DNA from: an uncultured Actinomycetota bacterium
GTDB lineage: Bacteria > Actinomycetota > Humimicrobiia > Humimicrobiales > Humimicrobiaceae
NCBI GenBank assembly: GCA_964478985.1
Contig: CAYZJW010000003.1
Location: 1-40,313 of the forward strand
Length of the DNA stretch: 40,313 nucleotides
Direction: 5' to 3'
Under the pieces are notes generated by a model. That model was not told where the DNA came from. It was given only the letters and a program-made list of their open reading frames with translations, and did not search any database. Shown here piece by piece: positions 1 to 7,800 of this stretch (the first letter of the stretch is position 1; every line of letters starts with the position of its first letter). The position numbers and the translations under genes are program-made.

Positions 1-366
1 TTTGCATCTTCTCCGGCGCCGGGGCACCCCCCAAAGCAATTGACCACATCTATGCCCATAAGAGATGCAAGCTCTGTTGTAGCCTTAAGGTCATCACTGT
101 GCGCTTTACTGAATCCCTTATCAGGATGAAGAGGATTGCCATGGGCTGAAAGTGCGCTTATCTCTAGCCCATATTTTTTTGCTGTATGTATAAATCTTTT
201 CCTCTTTGCCCTGTCTTTTAAAAATTCCTGCGGGTGGACATGGTATTTGCCAATAACACCGCCGCTGCCTGCTTCCACCGCTTCTACTCCATACTCACTT
301 ATTGCCTTACAGGCTTCTTCCCAGGACCTGTCGCCGTAAAGTGCGGAAAAAACCCCTATTTTCATA
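1..366 (-). CDS. sugar phosphate isomerase/epimerase (xylose-isomerase-like TIM barrel), N-terminal 122 aa only; the gene runs off the left edge
   Basis: Absent from the ORF track because it has no stop in the window. My minus-strand translation from ATG 366-364 (GGGGAGGA about 8 nt upstream) gives MKIGVFSALYGDRSWEEACKAISEYGVEAVEAGSGG...LEISALSAHGNPLHPD...GIDVVNCFGGCPGAGEDA. This is a typical N-terminus for the family. Confidence 0.75.
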
Positions 367-392
367 CCGCTTTCCTCCCCTGCAAATTTTTA

Positions 393-1460
393 TCATTCCA
401 CTACTATCTGGACCTTCATAGGATCATCCACCCTGTTCTTAAGGTCCACTATTGCCTTTTCCGTCTCCTCCAGGGGATAGGTGTGGGTGACCATGCTTTC
501 AACATCCACCAGCCCTTCCTTTATGGCCCTGATAGCTGTAGGCCAGGCCAGCGGTGCCAGCCATGATGACCTTATTTCCTTATCCATGGTATGAAAACTC
601 AGGGCCGGGATCCTGAATACATCATCTTCATTGGGCAGCCCGAAGTGGACAGTTATAGCTGCATTGCCTGTTATCTCCACTGCCAGCTCAAAGGCCTCAT
701 TGGAGCTGGTGGGCACTATGGCCCTCTCAGCCAGCCTTCCGCCGGTAAGATCCGATATGGACTGTTTGAGGTCGCCGGTATAATATGGCGATTTACTGTC
801 ACTTGTATTGAAGATATAGTCCGCCCCTGCCTTCTTTCCCATTTCCAGCCTGAAATCCCTGGTACCTATTAGGGCTACTTTGCCGGCTCCGGTGGATTTT
901 GCCATCTGCACCATCATCTGGCCCATAGGACCGGGTCCGAAGACAGCCACAAAATTTCCTGGCTCTATTTCCAGTTTCTTCATCCCGTATACCACGCAGG
1001 CCAGGGGTTCCGTAAAGGCCCCTGCCGCATAACTCACATCGTCGGGAAGCCTGAACAGCCCCGTATATCTGGATACTGAGTATTCGGCAAATCCTCCATC
1101 GCATGTGACCCCCGGTACATTAAGATTGGCGCAAAGATTGGTCTTTCCCTCTGCGCACAGATAGCAGGAGTTACACTCCTGGACCGGGTTTACTACCACC
1201 CTGTCGCCTTTGGAAAAAAGGCCCAGCTTATCAGGGACACTTCCCACTTCCACTACTTCCCCGGTAAACTCATGACCCAGTACGACCGGTCCCTTGCCTG
1301 TCTCGGTACCAACGGGGCTGAGTCCATAATAATATGATATGTCTGAACCGCAGATCCCTACATTCTTTACTTTTACCAGTACATCTATGTCTGTTACTTC
1401 AGGAATATCTATTTCTTCCAGCTGCATCTTCTGGCTTTCGTAAAATACCTGGGCTTTCAT
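393..1460 (-). CDS. Zn-dependent medium-chain dehydrogenase (sorbitol/threonine dehydrogenase-like polyol dehydrogenase)
   Basis: Motifs GICGSDISYYYG and VLGHEFTGEVVEVG, structural-Zn Cys cluster CNSCYLCAEGKTNLC, Rossmann motif FGPGPMG. I prefer the internal ATG (MKAQVFYES...) to the track start at 1478, where the G-run abuts the codon directly. Confidence 0.9.
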   Translation of the reverse strand: MKAQVFYESQKMQLEEIDIPEVTDIDVLVKVKNVGICGSDISYYYGLSPVGTETGKGPVVLGHEFTGEVVEVGSVPDKLGLFSKGDRVVVNPVQECNSCYLCAEGKTNLCANLNVPGVTCDGGFAEYSVSRYTGLFRLPDDVSYAAGAFTEPLACVVYGMKKLEIEPGNFVAVFGPGPMGQMMVQMAKSTGAGKVALIGTRDFRLEMGKKAGADYIFNTSDSKSPYYTGDLKQSISDLTGGRLAERAIVPTSSNEAFELAVEITGNAAITVHFGLPNEDDVFRIPALSFHTMDKEIRSSWLAPLAWPTAIRAIKEGLVDVESMVTHTYPLEETEKAIVDLKNRVDDPMKVQIVVE

Positions 1461-1500
1461 CTTGCCTTTCACTTTCATCCCCCCTGTAGCTTATAAATTG

Positions 1501-2388
1501 TTAATCCCCGTATTTCTTTATCAGGTCATCAAGATATTTCTTATTAGACTCCGTCACATCCAGGGCCTCCGGCCAGAAGCAGAGATCGATTGGCCACCAT
1601 TGATCATCATATCCGGCTTCTTTTATTGCCGGCATTATCTTTGAAAAATCAAGTATGCCTGTGCCCAGGGGAGCATGGGTGGAAGTGTCGTCATCGTGAA
1701 GGGTCTCATCGGAATCTATAAGGTGAATATGGCCGATCTTGCCTGTAAGCATATGGGCAAACTGTACCACTCCCCCTGGAAGTACTTCCTTTTTACCCAT
1801 CTGCCTGGAACCAAGCACGCCGCACATATGGGCATGACATGAATCAAAAAGTATAGAAAAATTGGGATGATCGACTTTATAGACCATCCTTACCACTTCC
1901 GAGGGTTTGTTCAGTATAAAACCGGGTTCGAATTCCCAGATGAGTTTGACAGAGTACTTGTCACAAAGATCTGCCGCCTTATTCCATACACCGGCTACTT
2001 TATGGAAGAAATCCCCATAATCCATTCCTCCGGGGACTTCCGTGGGCGGATCGACACTGTCTACCCTGAGTTTGGGGCAGTCCAGGGCTTTGCATATCTC
2101 AAGGTTGTCCTTTACTGCATCAAGGTACTGGCTGTCAGGTGATGCCGCCGGTGACGGAAAAGGCGCTGCCAGTCCTGAGACTTCCAGCCCAAAGTAGTCA
2201 AGCTGCTTTTTTACTTCTTTTGCCTTATCCGCTGTCCTGGGTTCTATATGGGGCGGAAAAGCTGCCATCTCTATGCCGTCAAAATCCAGTTCTTTAAGTC
2301 TCTCAAGCACATCTTTTAGGGGAATGGGATCCTCTGAATAGCCGCCCCATATATAGGCCCATCCGCCAATAGAAGTCTTCTTGCTCAT
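1501..2388 (-). CDS. sugar phosphate isomerase/epimerase (xylose-isomerase-like TIM barrel)
   Basis: 295-aa ORF preceded by GGGAGGAAAA. Family-typical pattern LKELDFDGIEM...LIWEFEP...HIHLIDSD (metal-ligand E/D/H/E layout). Confidence 0.85.
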   Translation of the reverse strand: MSKKTSIGGWAYIWGGYSEDPIPLKDVLERLKELDFDGIEMAAFPPHIEPRTADKAKEVKKQLDYFGLEVSGLAAPFPSPAASPDSQYLDAVKDNLEICKALDCPKLRVDSVDPPTEVPGGMDYGDFFHKVAGVWNKAADLCDKYSVKLIWEFEPGFILNKPSEVVRMVYKVDHPNFSILFDSCHAHMCGVLGSRQMGKKEVLPGGVVQFAHMLTGKIGHIHLIDSDETLHDDDTSTHAPLGTGILDFSKIMPAIKEAGYDDQWWPIDLCFWPEALDVTESNKKYLDDLIKKYGD

Positions 2389-2462
2389 TTTTCCTCCCTG
2401 TATAATAGAATAAACAAAAGATATATATAACAGACCAATTTAAAGTTTGGACCTCCTGGATT

Positions 2463-3560
2463 TCAGCAGTTTATACGTTCTTCAGTGTCAGCGTCAAATA
2501 TATGGGCTCTGTCCATATTTATATTTGCGTATACATTCTCCTCCGTCTTTATAAGGGTCTTGGGCGGAGAGACAGCCCGCAGCAGGATATCCTTTGAGAT
2601 ACTCAGGTTGAGTACGTCTTCAGCACCCATGCTCTGGCTGAAATAGACTTTACTCTTTATGGAATTTTCATCCTTTTTCTCCCTGGTCACTTCAACATCC
2701 TCGGGCCTTATGCCAAAAAGGACTTTCTTTTTATCAAGCTTATCCAGCCGGGAGCACTGTTTTTGGCTCAGACAGCATATAATATCGTCTTCTCCTATGA
2801 CAAGCTTATCTTTGTCCACAGCTGCTTCAAAAGTATTTATGCCGGGACTTCCTACAAACCTGGCCACAAAGATGTTCTGGGGCCTTTCATAGATATCTTC
2901 CGGTTTTCCTGTCTGCAGTATCCTGCCTTCGTTCAAGACACCTATCCTGTCAGCCATGGTCATGGCTTCAATCTGGTCATGAGTCACATATATGAAAGTC
3001 TCCTCAAGCTCAAGGTGTATCCTGGCCAGTTCTACCCTCATCTCTTCCCTGAGCTTGGCATCAAGATTGGACAGGGGCTCGTCCATTAGGAACACCCGGG
3101 GGGTCCTGACAATAGCCCTTCCGATCGCCACCCTCTGCATCTCTCCTCCGCTCAAATTAAGTGTGGACCGTTCCAGAAGTTCCCCTATATTAAGTACCCT
3201 GGCCACCCGGTCTATCCTTTTATCTATTTCATCCTGGTCAAAATTTCTCATCCTGGATTTCAGGGGAAATTCAAGGTTCTGCCTTACGGTAAATGTAGGA
3301 TAAAGGGTATAGTACTGGAATACGAATGCCACATCCCTTAGTGCAGGCCCCATGTCGTTCACATTTTCTTTATCAAGAAAAACATCCCCTCTATCCTGTT
3401 TTTCCAGTCCCGCGATAATCCTCAGGGTGGTAGTCTTACCGGCTCCGGTGGGTCCCAGCAGGACAAAAAATTCCCCGTCACTGACTTCCAGGTTCATATC
3501 ATCAACAGCAGTGATCTCACCAAAAGCCCTGGTTATCGAAGCTAGCTTTACATCTGCCAT
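2463..3560 (-). CDS. ABC transporter ATP-binding protein, MalK/UgpC-like (CUT1 type), copy 2
   Basis: Walker A GPTGAGKTT, signature LSGGEMQRV, Walker B FLMDEPLSNLD, H-loop YVTHDQ, C-terminal regulatory (TOBE-like) extension. AGGAG SD. Confidence 0.95.
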   Translation of the reverse strand: MADVKLASITRAFGEITAVDDMNLEVSDGEFFVLLGPTGAGKTTTLRIIAGLEKQDRGDVFLDKENVNDMGPALRDVAFVFQYYTLYPTFTVRQNLEFPLKSRMRNFDQDEIDKRIDRVARVLNIGELLERSTLNLSGGEMQRVAIGRAIVRTPRVFLMDEPLSNLDAKLREEMRVELARIHLELEETFIYVTHDQIEAMTMADRIGVLNEGRILQTGKPEDIYERPQNIFVARFVGSPGINTFEAAVDKDKLVIGEDDIICCLSQKQCSRLDKLDKKKVLFGIRPEDVEVTREKKDENSIKSKVYFSQSMGAEDVLNLSISKDILLRAVSPPKTLIKTEENVYANINMDRAHIFDADTEERINC

Positions 3561-3593
3561 AAATCATTTCTCCTAACTGTGGTCACAAACTGA

Positions 3594-4700
3594 TCAGTTT
3601 TTAATGGATTCTTCAGTCCCGGGATCGAATACCGATACCCTGTCCATGTCAAAATTAAGGTATACCTTGTCATTTATATCCGGTGATACCGTTGATAGTG
3701 TCCTTACCCTTATTTTTTCTGAGCTGTCCAGCACTACGTCGATTATATTATAGGAACCTGTTGCCTCGATAACGTAGACTTTTGTAGTCACATAATCTGC
3801 TTTTTCGGTAAGGGATAATATAACATCCTCGGGTCTGACTCCCAGGATCACCTCTTTGTCCAGGAATCCTTTTGAGGTCATTAATCTCTGCAGTCTTTCA
3901 TTTACTTCCACCGATTGGTCGACAGACAGGATATTAAGGAATACCCTGCCGTCTTTTTTATAGGTTTTGCATTTCATAAAATTCATCCCCGGACTGCCGA
4001 TAAAATTAGCAACAAAAAGGTTATTGGGGTACCTGTATACCTCTGTTGGTGTACCCATCTGCTGAAGCACCCCCACATCCATTATGGCTATCCTGTCACC
4101 CATGGACATGGCTTCGACCTGGTCGTGGGTCACATATACCGTTGTAGCACCCACATCCACATGCAGCTTTTTAAGTTCGACTCTCATCTCTTCCCTGAAT
4201 TTTGCATCAAGGGTGCCTATGGGTTCATCCAGGAGGAATGCCTTGGGCCTTCTGACCAGGGCCCTTCCCAGGGCTACCCTCTGCTGGTCTCCTCCAGACA
4301 GCTCCCGGGGCTTCTTTTTAAGTATATGTCCTATGCGCAGTATCTTTACCGCCCTATCCACTTCCTCTTTTATCCTTTTTCTGGGTACCCTCTGGGTCAA
4401 AAGCGGGAAAGCAATATTATCATAGACATTCATATGGGGGTACAGGGCATAGAGCTGGAAGACAAAGGCTATGTCACGCTGGGAAGCCCTCTTTGTAGTC
4501 ACATCTTCACCATCAATATATATCCTGCCCTCATCAGGGATCTCAAGTCCCGATATACACCTGAGGGTGGTGGTCTTTCCGCAGCCCGACGGGCCCAGAA
4601 GAACCAGGAATTCCTTTTCCTGGATCTTCATATTGAGGTCATTTACAGCAATAGTCTTATCAAACCTTTTGGTGATCTCTTTTAGTATTATTTCTGCCAT
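3594..4700 (-). CDS. ABC transporter ATP-binding protein, MalK/UgpC-like (CUT1 type), copy 1
   Basis: Walker A GPSGCGKTT, signature LSGGDQQRV, Walker B FLLDEPIGTLD, H-loop YVTHDQ, C-terminal extension. GGAG SD. Confidence 0.95.
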   Translation of the reverse strand: MAEIILKEITKRFDKTIAVNDLNMKIQEKEFLVLLGPSGCGKTTTLRCISGLEIPDEGRIYIDGEDVTTKRASQRDIAFVFQLYALYPHMNVYDNIAFPLLTQRVPRKRIKEEVDRAVKILRIGHILKKKPRELSGGDQQRVALGRALVRRPKAFLLDEPIGTLDAKFREEMRVELKKLHVDVGATTVYVTHDQVEAMSMGDRIAIMDVGVLQQMGTPTEVYRYPNNLFVANFIGSPGMNFMKCKTYKKDGRVFLNILSVDQSVEVNERLQRLMTSKGFLDKEVILGVRPEDVILSLTEKADYVTTKVYVIEATGSYNIIDVVLDSSEKIRVRTLSTVSPDINDKVYLNFDMDRVSVFDPGTEESIKN

Positions 4701-4719
4701 TAAAAAAACTCCATTTCCC

Positions 4720-5571
4720 TTATGCTTTAAACAGCTTCTTCAAAAATTTGAGTCCTTTTTCCAGAAGCACCCATTCATTTTCCTCGGTAGACCTCCAGAT
4801 CGATGCTGCCCTGGCTATGATCTCATTATCAGGAGTGAATGTCTCTATTACCAGGTATCCGTCATAATCTATATCATGCAGGGCTTTGGCTATCTCCTGC
4901 CATCTTACCTGGCCGGTGCCCGGGGCTCCCCTGTCGTTCTCATTGGCATGGAAGCTGACCAGCAGGTCTCCCGCCTTTCTTATGGCATCCGCTGAACTTT
5001 TTTCCTCGATATTCATATGAAATGTATCAAGGTGGAGTTTAAGGTTCTTGCTGCCCGCATCACATATAAGTTTGATCGCATCATCTGTGATATTTATAAA
5101 ATCTGTCTCGAAACGGTTAAGAGGCTCCAGCGCCAGGAATACACCTTTTTCCTCGGCATAGCCGCAAACTTCCCTGAGGCTTTCTACCGCCGTCCTCCAC
5201 TGTTTTCTTTTATCTTCCGGGGTCTCCATACCGGTTCTTCCCACTGCCGAGTAAAGGGGTCCGGCCAATATATTGCATTCCAGGGCTTTTGCCGCATCGA
5301 TACCGTCTTTTATATAGGCAATACCATTTTTAACTGCCTGCATATCAGGCCCCCTTATATCCCGGTCCAGGCCCATCATGCCGCATATGCCGGAACATTC
5401 CAGACCGTTTTTCTTTAATTCCTCCAGAGTCCTGCCGTAATCAAAATCTCCTTTATTGGCCAGGGCTATCTCTACCCCGTCAAAACCCAGCTCCCTTATC
5501 TTTCCAAAACGGTCAGTATATTCATCAGTAAAACTGCCGGTAAATATCATAGTATCCAGTCCGAATTTCAT
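4720..5571 (-). CDS. ketose 3-epimerase family protein (D-allulose/D-tagatose 3-epimerase-like TIM barrel)
   Basis: By eye it aligns closely with characterised D-psicose/D-tagatose 3-epimerases. LEPLNRFETDF, KLHLDTFHMNIEE, SFHANENDRGAPGTGQVRW and LVIETF carry the Glu/Asp/His/Glu metal and catalytic residues. AGGAGGG SD. Confidence 0.85.
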   Translation of the reverse strand: MKFGLDTMIFTGSFTDEYTDRFGKIRELGFDGVEIALANKGDFDYGRTLEELKKNGLECSGICGMMGLDRDIRGPDMQAVKNGIAYIKDGIDAAKALECNILAGPLYSAVGRTGMETPEDKRKQWRTAVESLREVCGYAEEKGVFLALEPLNRFETDFINITDDAIKLICDAGSKNLKLHLDTFHMNIEEKSSADAIRKAGDLLVSFHANENDRGAPGTGQVRWQEIAKALHDIDYDGYLVIETFTPDNEIIARAASIWRSTEENEWVLLEKGLKFLKKLFKA

Positions 5572-5585
5572 CTATTACCCTCCTG

Positions 5586-5810
5586 TTATTTTAGATGTAT
5601 GGAAAATATATAGGCTGCAGTACCTGTAAGCAGCACTGCATAACCATAAGTATAAAACACCATAAACCAGGGCTGGCACAGGAAAGCTATCCCCAGGAGC
5701 ATTATCCACATAAAAAGCGGTTCCAGGTACTTTCTTTTTAAGAGTTTCAGCCTCCAGAAGACCAGTCCTATGATAATATAGAATCCTAAAGCTGCTATGA
5801 ATGAATACAT
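5586..5810 (-). CDS. small hydrophobic membrane protein (74 aa, about 3 predicted TM segments), function unknown
   Basis: GGGAG lies 5 nt upstream of the ATG. The gene is wedged between the permease stop (5820) and the epimerase start (5571). Almost entirely hydrophobic: FIAALGFYIIIGLVFW, IMLLGIAFLCQPWFMVF, AVLLTGTAAYIF. Confidence 0.55.
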   Translation of the reverse strand: MYSFIAALGFYIIIGLVFWRLKLLKRKYLEPLFMWIMLLGIAFLCQPWFMVFYTYGYAVLLTGTAAYIFSIHLK

Positions 5811-5819
5811 ATGAACTCC

Positions 5820-6767
5820 CTACTTACGGATTGCTCCAAATGTTATCCCCCTTACCAGGTGGTTTCTCAAGAGTACGGTAAATATCATGGCCGGGATAAG
5901 GAAAAGCAGAGTACCGGCAGCAGCAGCTGCCCAGTCATACCCCAGTACTCCCATCTGGTACGGCAGCCATGCCGGTACCGTCTGTGATACCCTCCTGGAA
6001 AGCACCAGGGCAAAAGCATACTCATTCCAGGCAAATATGAACACAAATACAGCTGTGGCAGCAATACCGGTGGTGGCCTGGGGAAGCACTATCTTCCTGA
6101 AAGCCTGGAACCTGGTATAGCCGTCCACCATTGCCGCTTCTTCATATTCTATTGGTATCTCATCTATAAACCCTTTGAGCACCCATACCGCAAATGAGAC
6201 ATTGAATGCTGTATAAAGAAGGATAAGGGTCAAATGTGAATCTGTCATATTAAAAAACCTGAACATCAGGAATACAGGGATGATGACCACTACCGGCGGA
6301 AGCATCCTGGTGCTTAATATAAAGAACAGGAGATCATCTTTTCCCCTTATCTTGAACCGTGAGAATCCATAAGCGGCAATAGTGCCAAGGATAATGGTAA
6401 GGATGGTGCTGGCAACGGCAATTATAGTACTATTCAGATATCTCCTGGGAAGGTCTCCTATCCTTACGATCCTTTCTCCGGTCTCCTCATAGACTATCCT
6501 CTCATACCATTTCATGTTTTCTATATCTTCTTCTGTGGGCTGGTTTCCTTCTGAATATACTACCCTTGAAGTAAATATCCTTATATATGCCGCAATAGAA
6601 GGCTTAAAGGTAAACGTAGGCGGCACCTTCTGGACATCAGACCAGGATTTAAAAGAAGTGGTTATTACATAAAGCAGCGGCACCATATATACAAAAGTGA
6701 TGACTATTATCAGGAGTATTATCAAATAGCGGCGGATATTTTTTTTCTTTTTTACAACTTCTCCCAT
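5820..6767 (-). CDS. carbohydrate ABC transporter permease (MalG-like)
   Basis: 315 aa, multi-TM, with an EAA-type loop (EYEEAAMVDGYTRFQAFRKIVLP) typical of binding-protein-dependent permeases. Confidence 0.95.
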   Translation of the reverse strand: MGEVVKKKKNIRRYLIILLIIVITFVYMVPLLYVITTSFKSWSDVQKVPPTFTFKPSIAAYIRIFTSRVVYSEGNQPTEEDIENMKWYERIVYEETGERIVRIGDLPRRYLNSTIIAVASTILTIILGTIAAYGFSRFKIRGKDDLLFFILSTRMLPPVVVIIPVFLMFRFFNMTDSHLTLILLYTAFNVSFAVWVLKGFIDEIPIEYEEAAMVDGYTRFQAFRKIVLPQATTGIAATAVFVFIFAWNEYAFALVLSRRVSQTVPAWLPYQMGVLGYDWAAAAAGTLLFLIPAMIFTVLLRNHLVRGITFGAIRK

Positions 6768-6801
6768 ATGCCGTCCTCTCTCAAAGTAGATACATCATTA
6801 A

Positions 6802-7719
6802 CTATTGCCTTGCCCTATTAAGGTATTTTATGAATATGCTGGTAATGGCAATGATCATTATGAGCATTATATAACCCAGGGCAGAACCGTAACTTGTCTT
6901 CCAGGTCACAAATCCAACATTGTACAGGTACATCGAAAGGAGCTGAGGGGCTGTCGTGCCCCTACCGGTTATACCCATTGCAATATCAAAAATCTTAAAA
7001 GCTTCCATGGTCCTGAATATAAGCGCTACTAGAAGTAGAGGATAGACCATGGGCATGGTTATCCTGGTGAATTTATACCACCATGAAGCCCTGTCTATCT
7101 CTGCCGCTTCATAAAGGTACCGGGGTACCGCTGACAGGCCGGCTATGGACAGGAGCATAACGAAGGGGGTCCACATCCAGACATCAGCTATGACTACTCC
7201 ATAAAGATTGAAAGTGGGATCGGTTGTCCAGTCGATCTTCCCCAGGCCCAGCAGCATATTGAACATGCCGTAATTGGCATTATAGAAAAGTTTCCACATT
7301 ATCCCCACTATTACCGGGGACATGGTCATGGGCAAGATCAGTAGAGTAGTAAGGAACCCTTTTCCAAAAAATTTGACCTGGTGCAGGAGAAGTGCCATTC
7401 CGAAACCCAGTATCATCTGCAGTCCGACGGATAAAAGCACAAATTTTGCGGTAGTTATAAACCTGTTCCACATCTTGGGATCCCTGAGCATCTCGGAATA
7501 ATTCACAGCACCTATCATCTCCGGGTTTTCTCCCCATTCGGTGGCCCTTTTGGCTGAATAATCGGAAAAGCTTAAAACAAGGGACCAAAAAAGCGGAAAT
7601 ACATTCATAATTATTAAAAGGATTATGACCGGAAGCACGAATATCCTGAGCAGTGTTGTGTCTTTCATGCTGCGGTATGCCATATTGACGGTTTTCCTGC
7701 TCCCAGATTTCTTTTTCAT
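6802..7719 (-). CDS. carbohydrate ABC transporter permease (MalF/UgpA-like)
   Basis: 305 aa, multi-TM, EAA loop (LYEAAEIDRASWWYKFTRITMP). GGAAGGAAA SD. Confidence 0.95.
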   Translation of the reverse strand: MKKKSGSRKTVNMAYRSMKDTTLLRIFVLPVIILLIIMNVFPLFWSLVLSFSDYSAKRATEWGENPEMIGAVNYSEMLRDPKMWNRFITTAKFVLLSVGLQMILGFGMALLLHQVKFFGKGFLTTLLILPMTMSPVIVGIMWKLFYNANYGMFNMLLGLGKIDWTTDPTFNLYGVVIADVWMWTPFVMLLSIAGLSAVPRYLYEAAEIDRASWWYKFTRITMPMVYPLLLVALIFRTMEAFKIFDIAMGITGRGTTAPQLLSMYLYNVGFVTWKTSYGSALGYIMLIMIIAITSIFIKYLNRARQ

Positions 7720-7756
7720 CTGACTAATTTCCTTCCTGCCTGTCTGGCTTTAAACA

Positions 7757-7783
7757 GCTTCCCCCGCCTGATACGGGGGAAGC
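7757..7783 (-). terminator. GC-rich intercistronic stem-loop between the binding-protein and permease genes (partial terminator or mRNA-stabiliser candidate)
   Basis: Minus strand reads GCTTCCCCCG-tatcagg-CGGGGGAAGC, a perfect 10-bp stem followed by TGTTTAAAG (weak U tract). It lies in the 81-nt gap 7720-7800. Confidence 0.5.
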
Positions 7784-7800
7784 CTATAACCGACTTCTAA

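Noticed and set aside
136-566. Plus-strand ORFs 136-339 and 234-566
   Set aside because: They overlap the antisense of the edge-truncated TIM-barrel gene and the end of the Zn-dehydrogenase gene. They have no SD and no recognisable motifs.
3915-4685. 256-aa plus-strand ORF, plus the 113-aa and 174-aa neighbours
   Set aside because: It lies entirely antisense to a textbook MalK-type ATPase gene. It has no SD and the translation is low-complexity with no recognisable motif, as expected for a shadow ORF.
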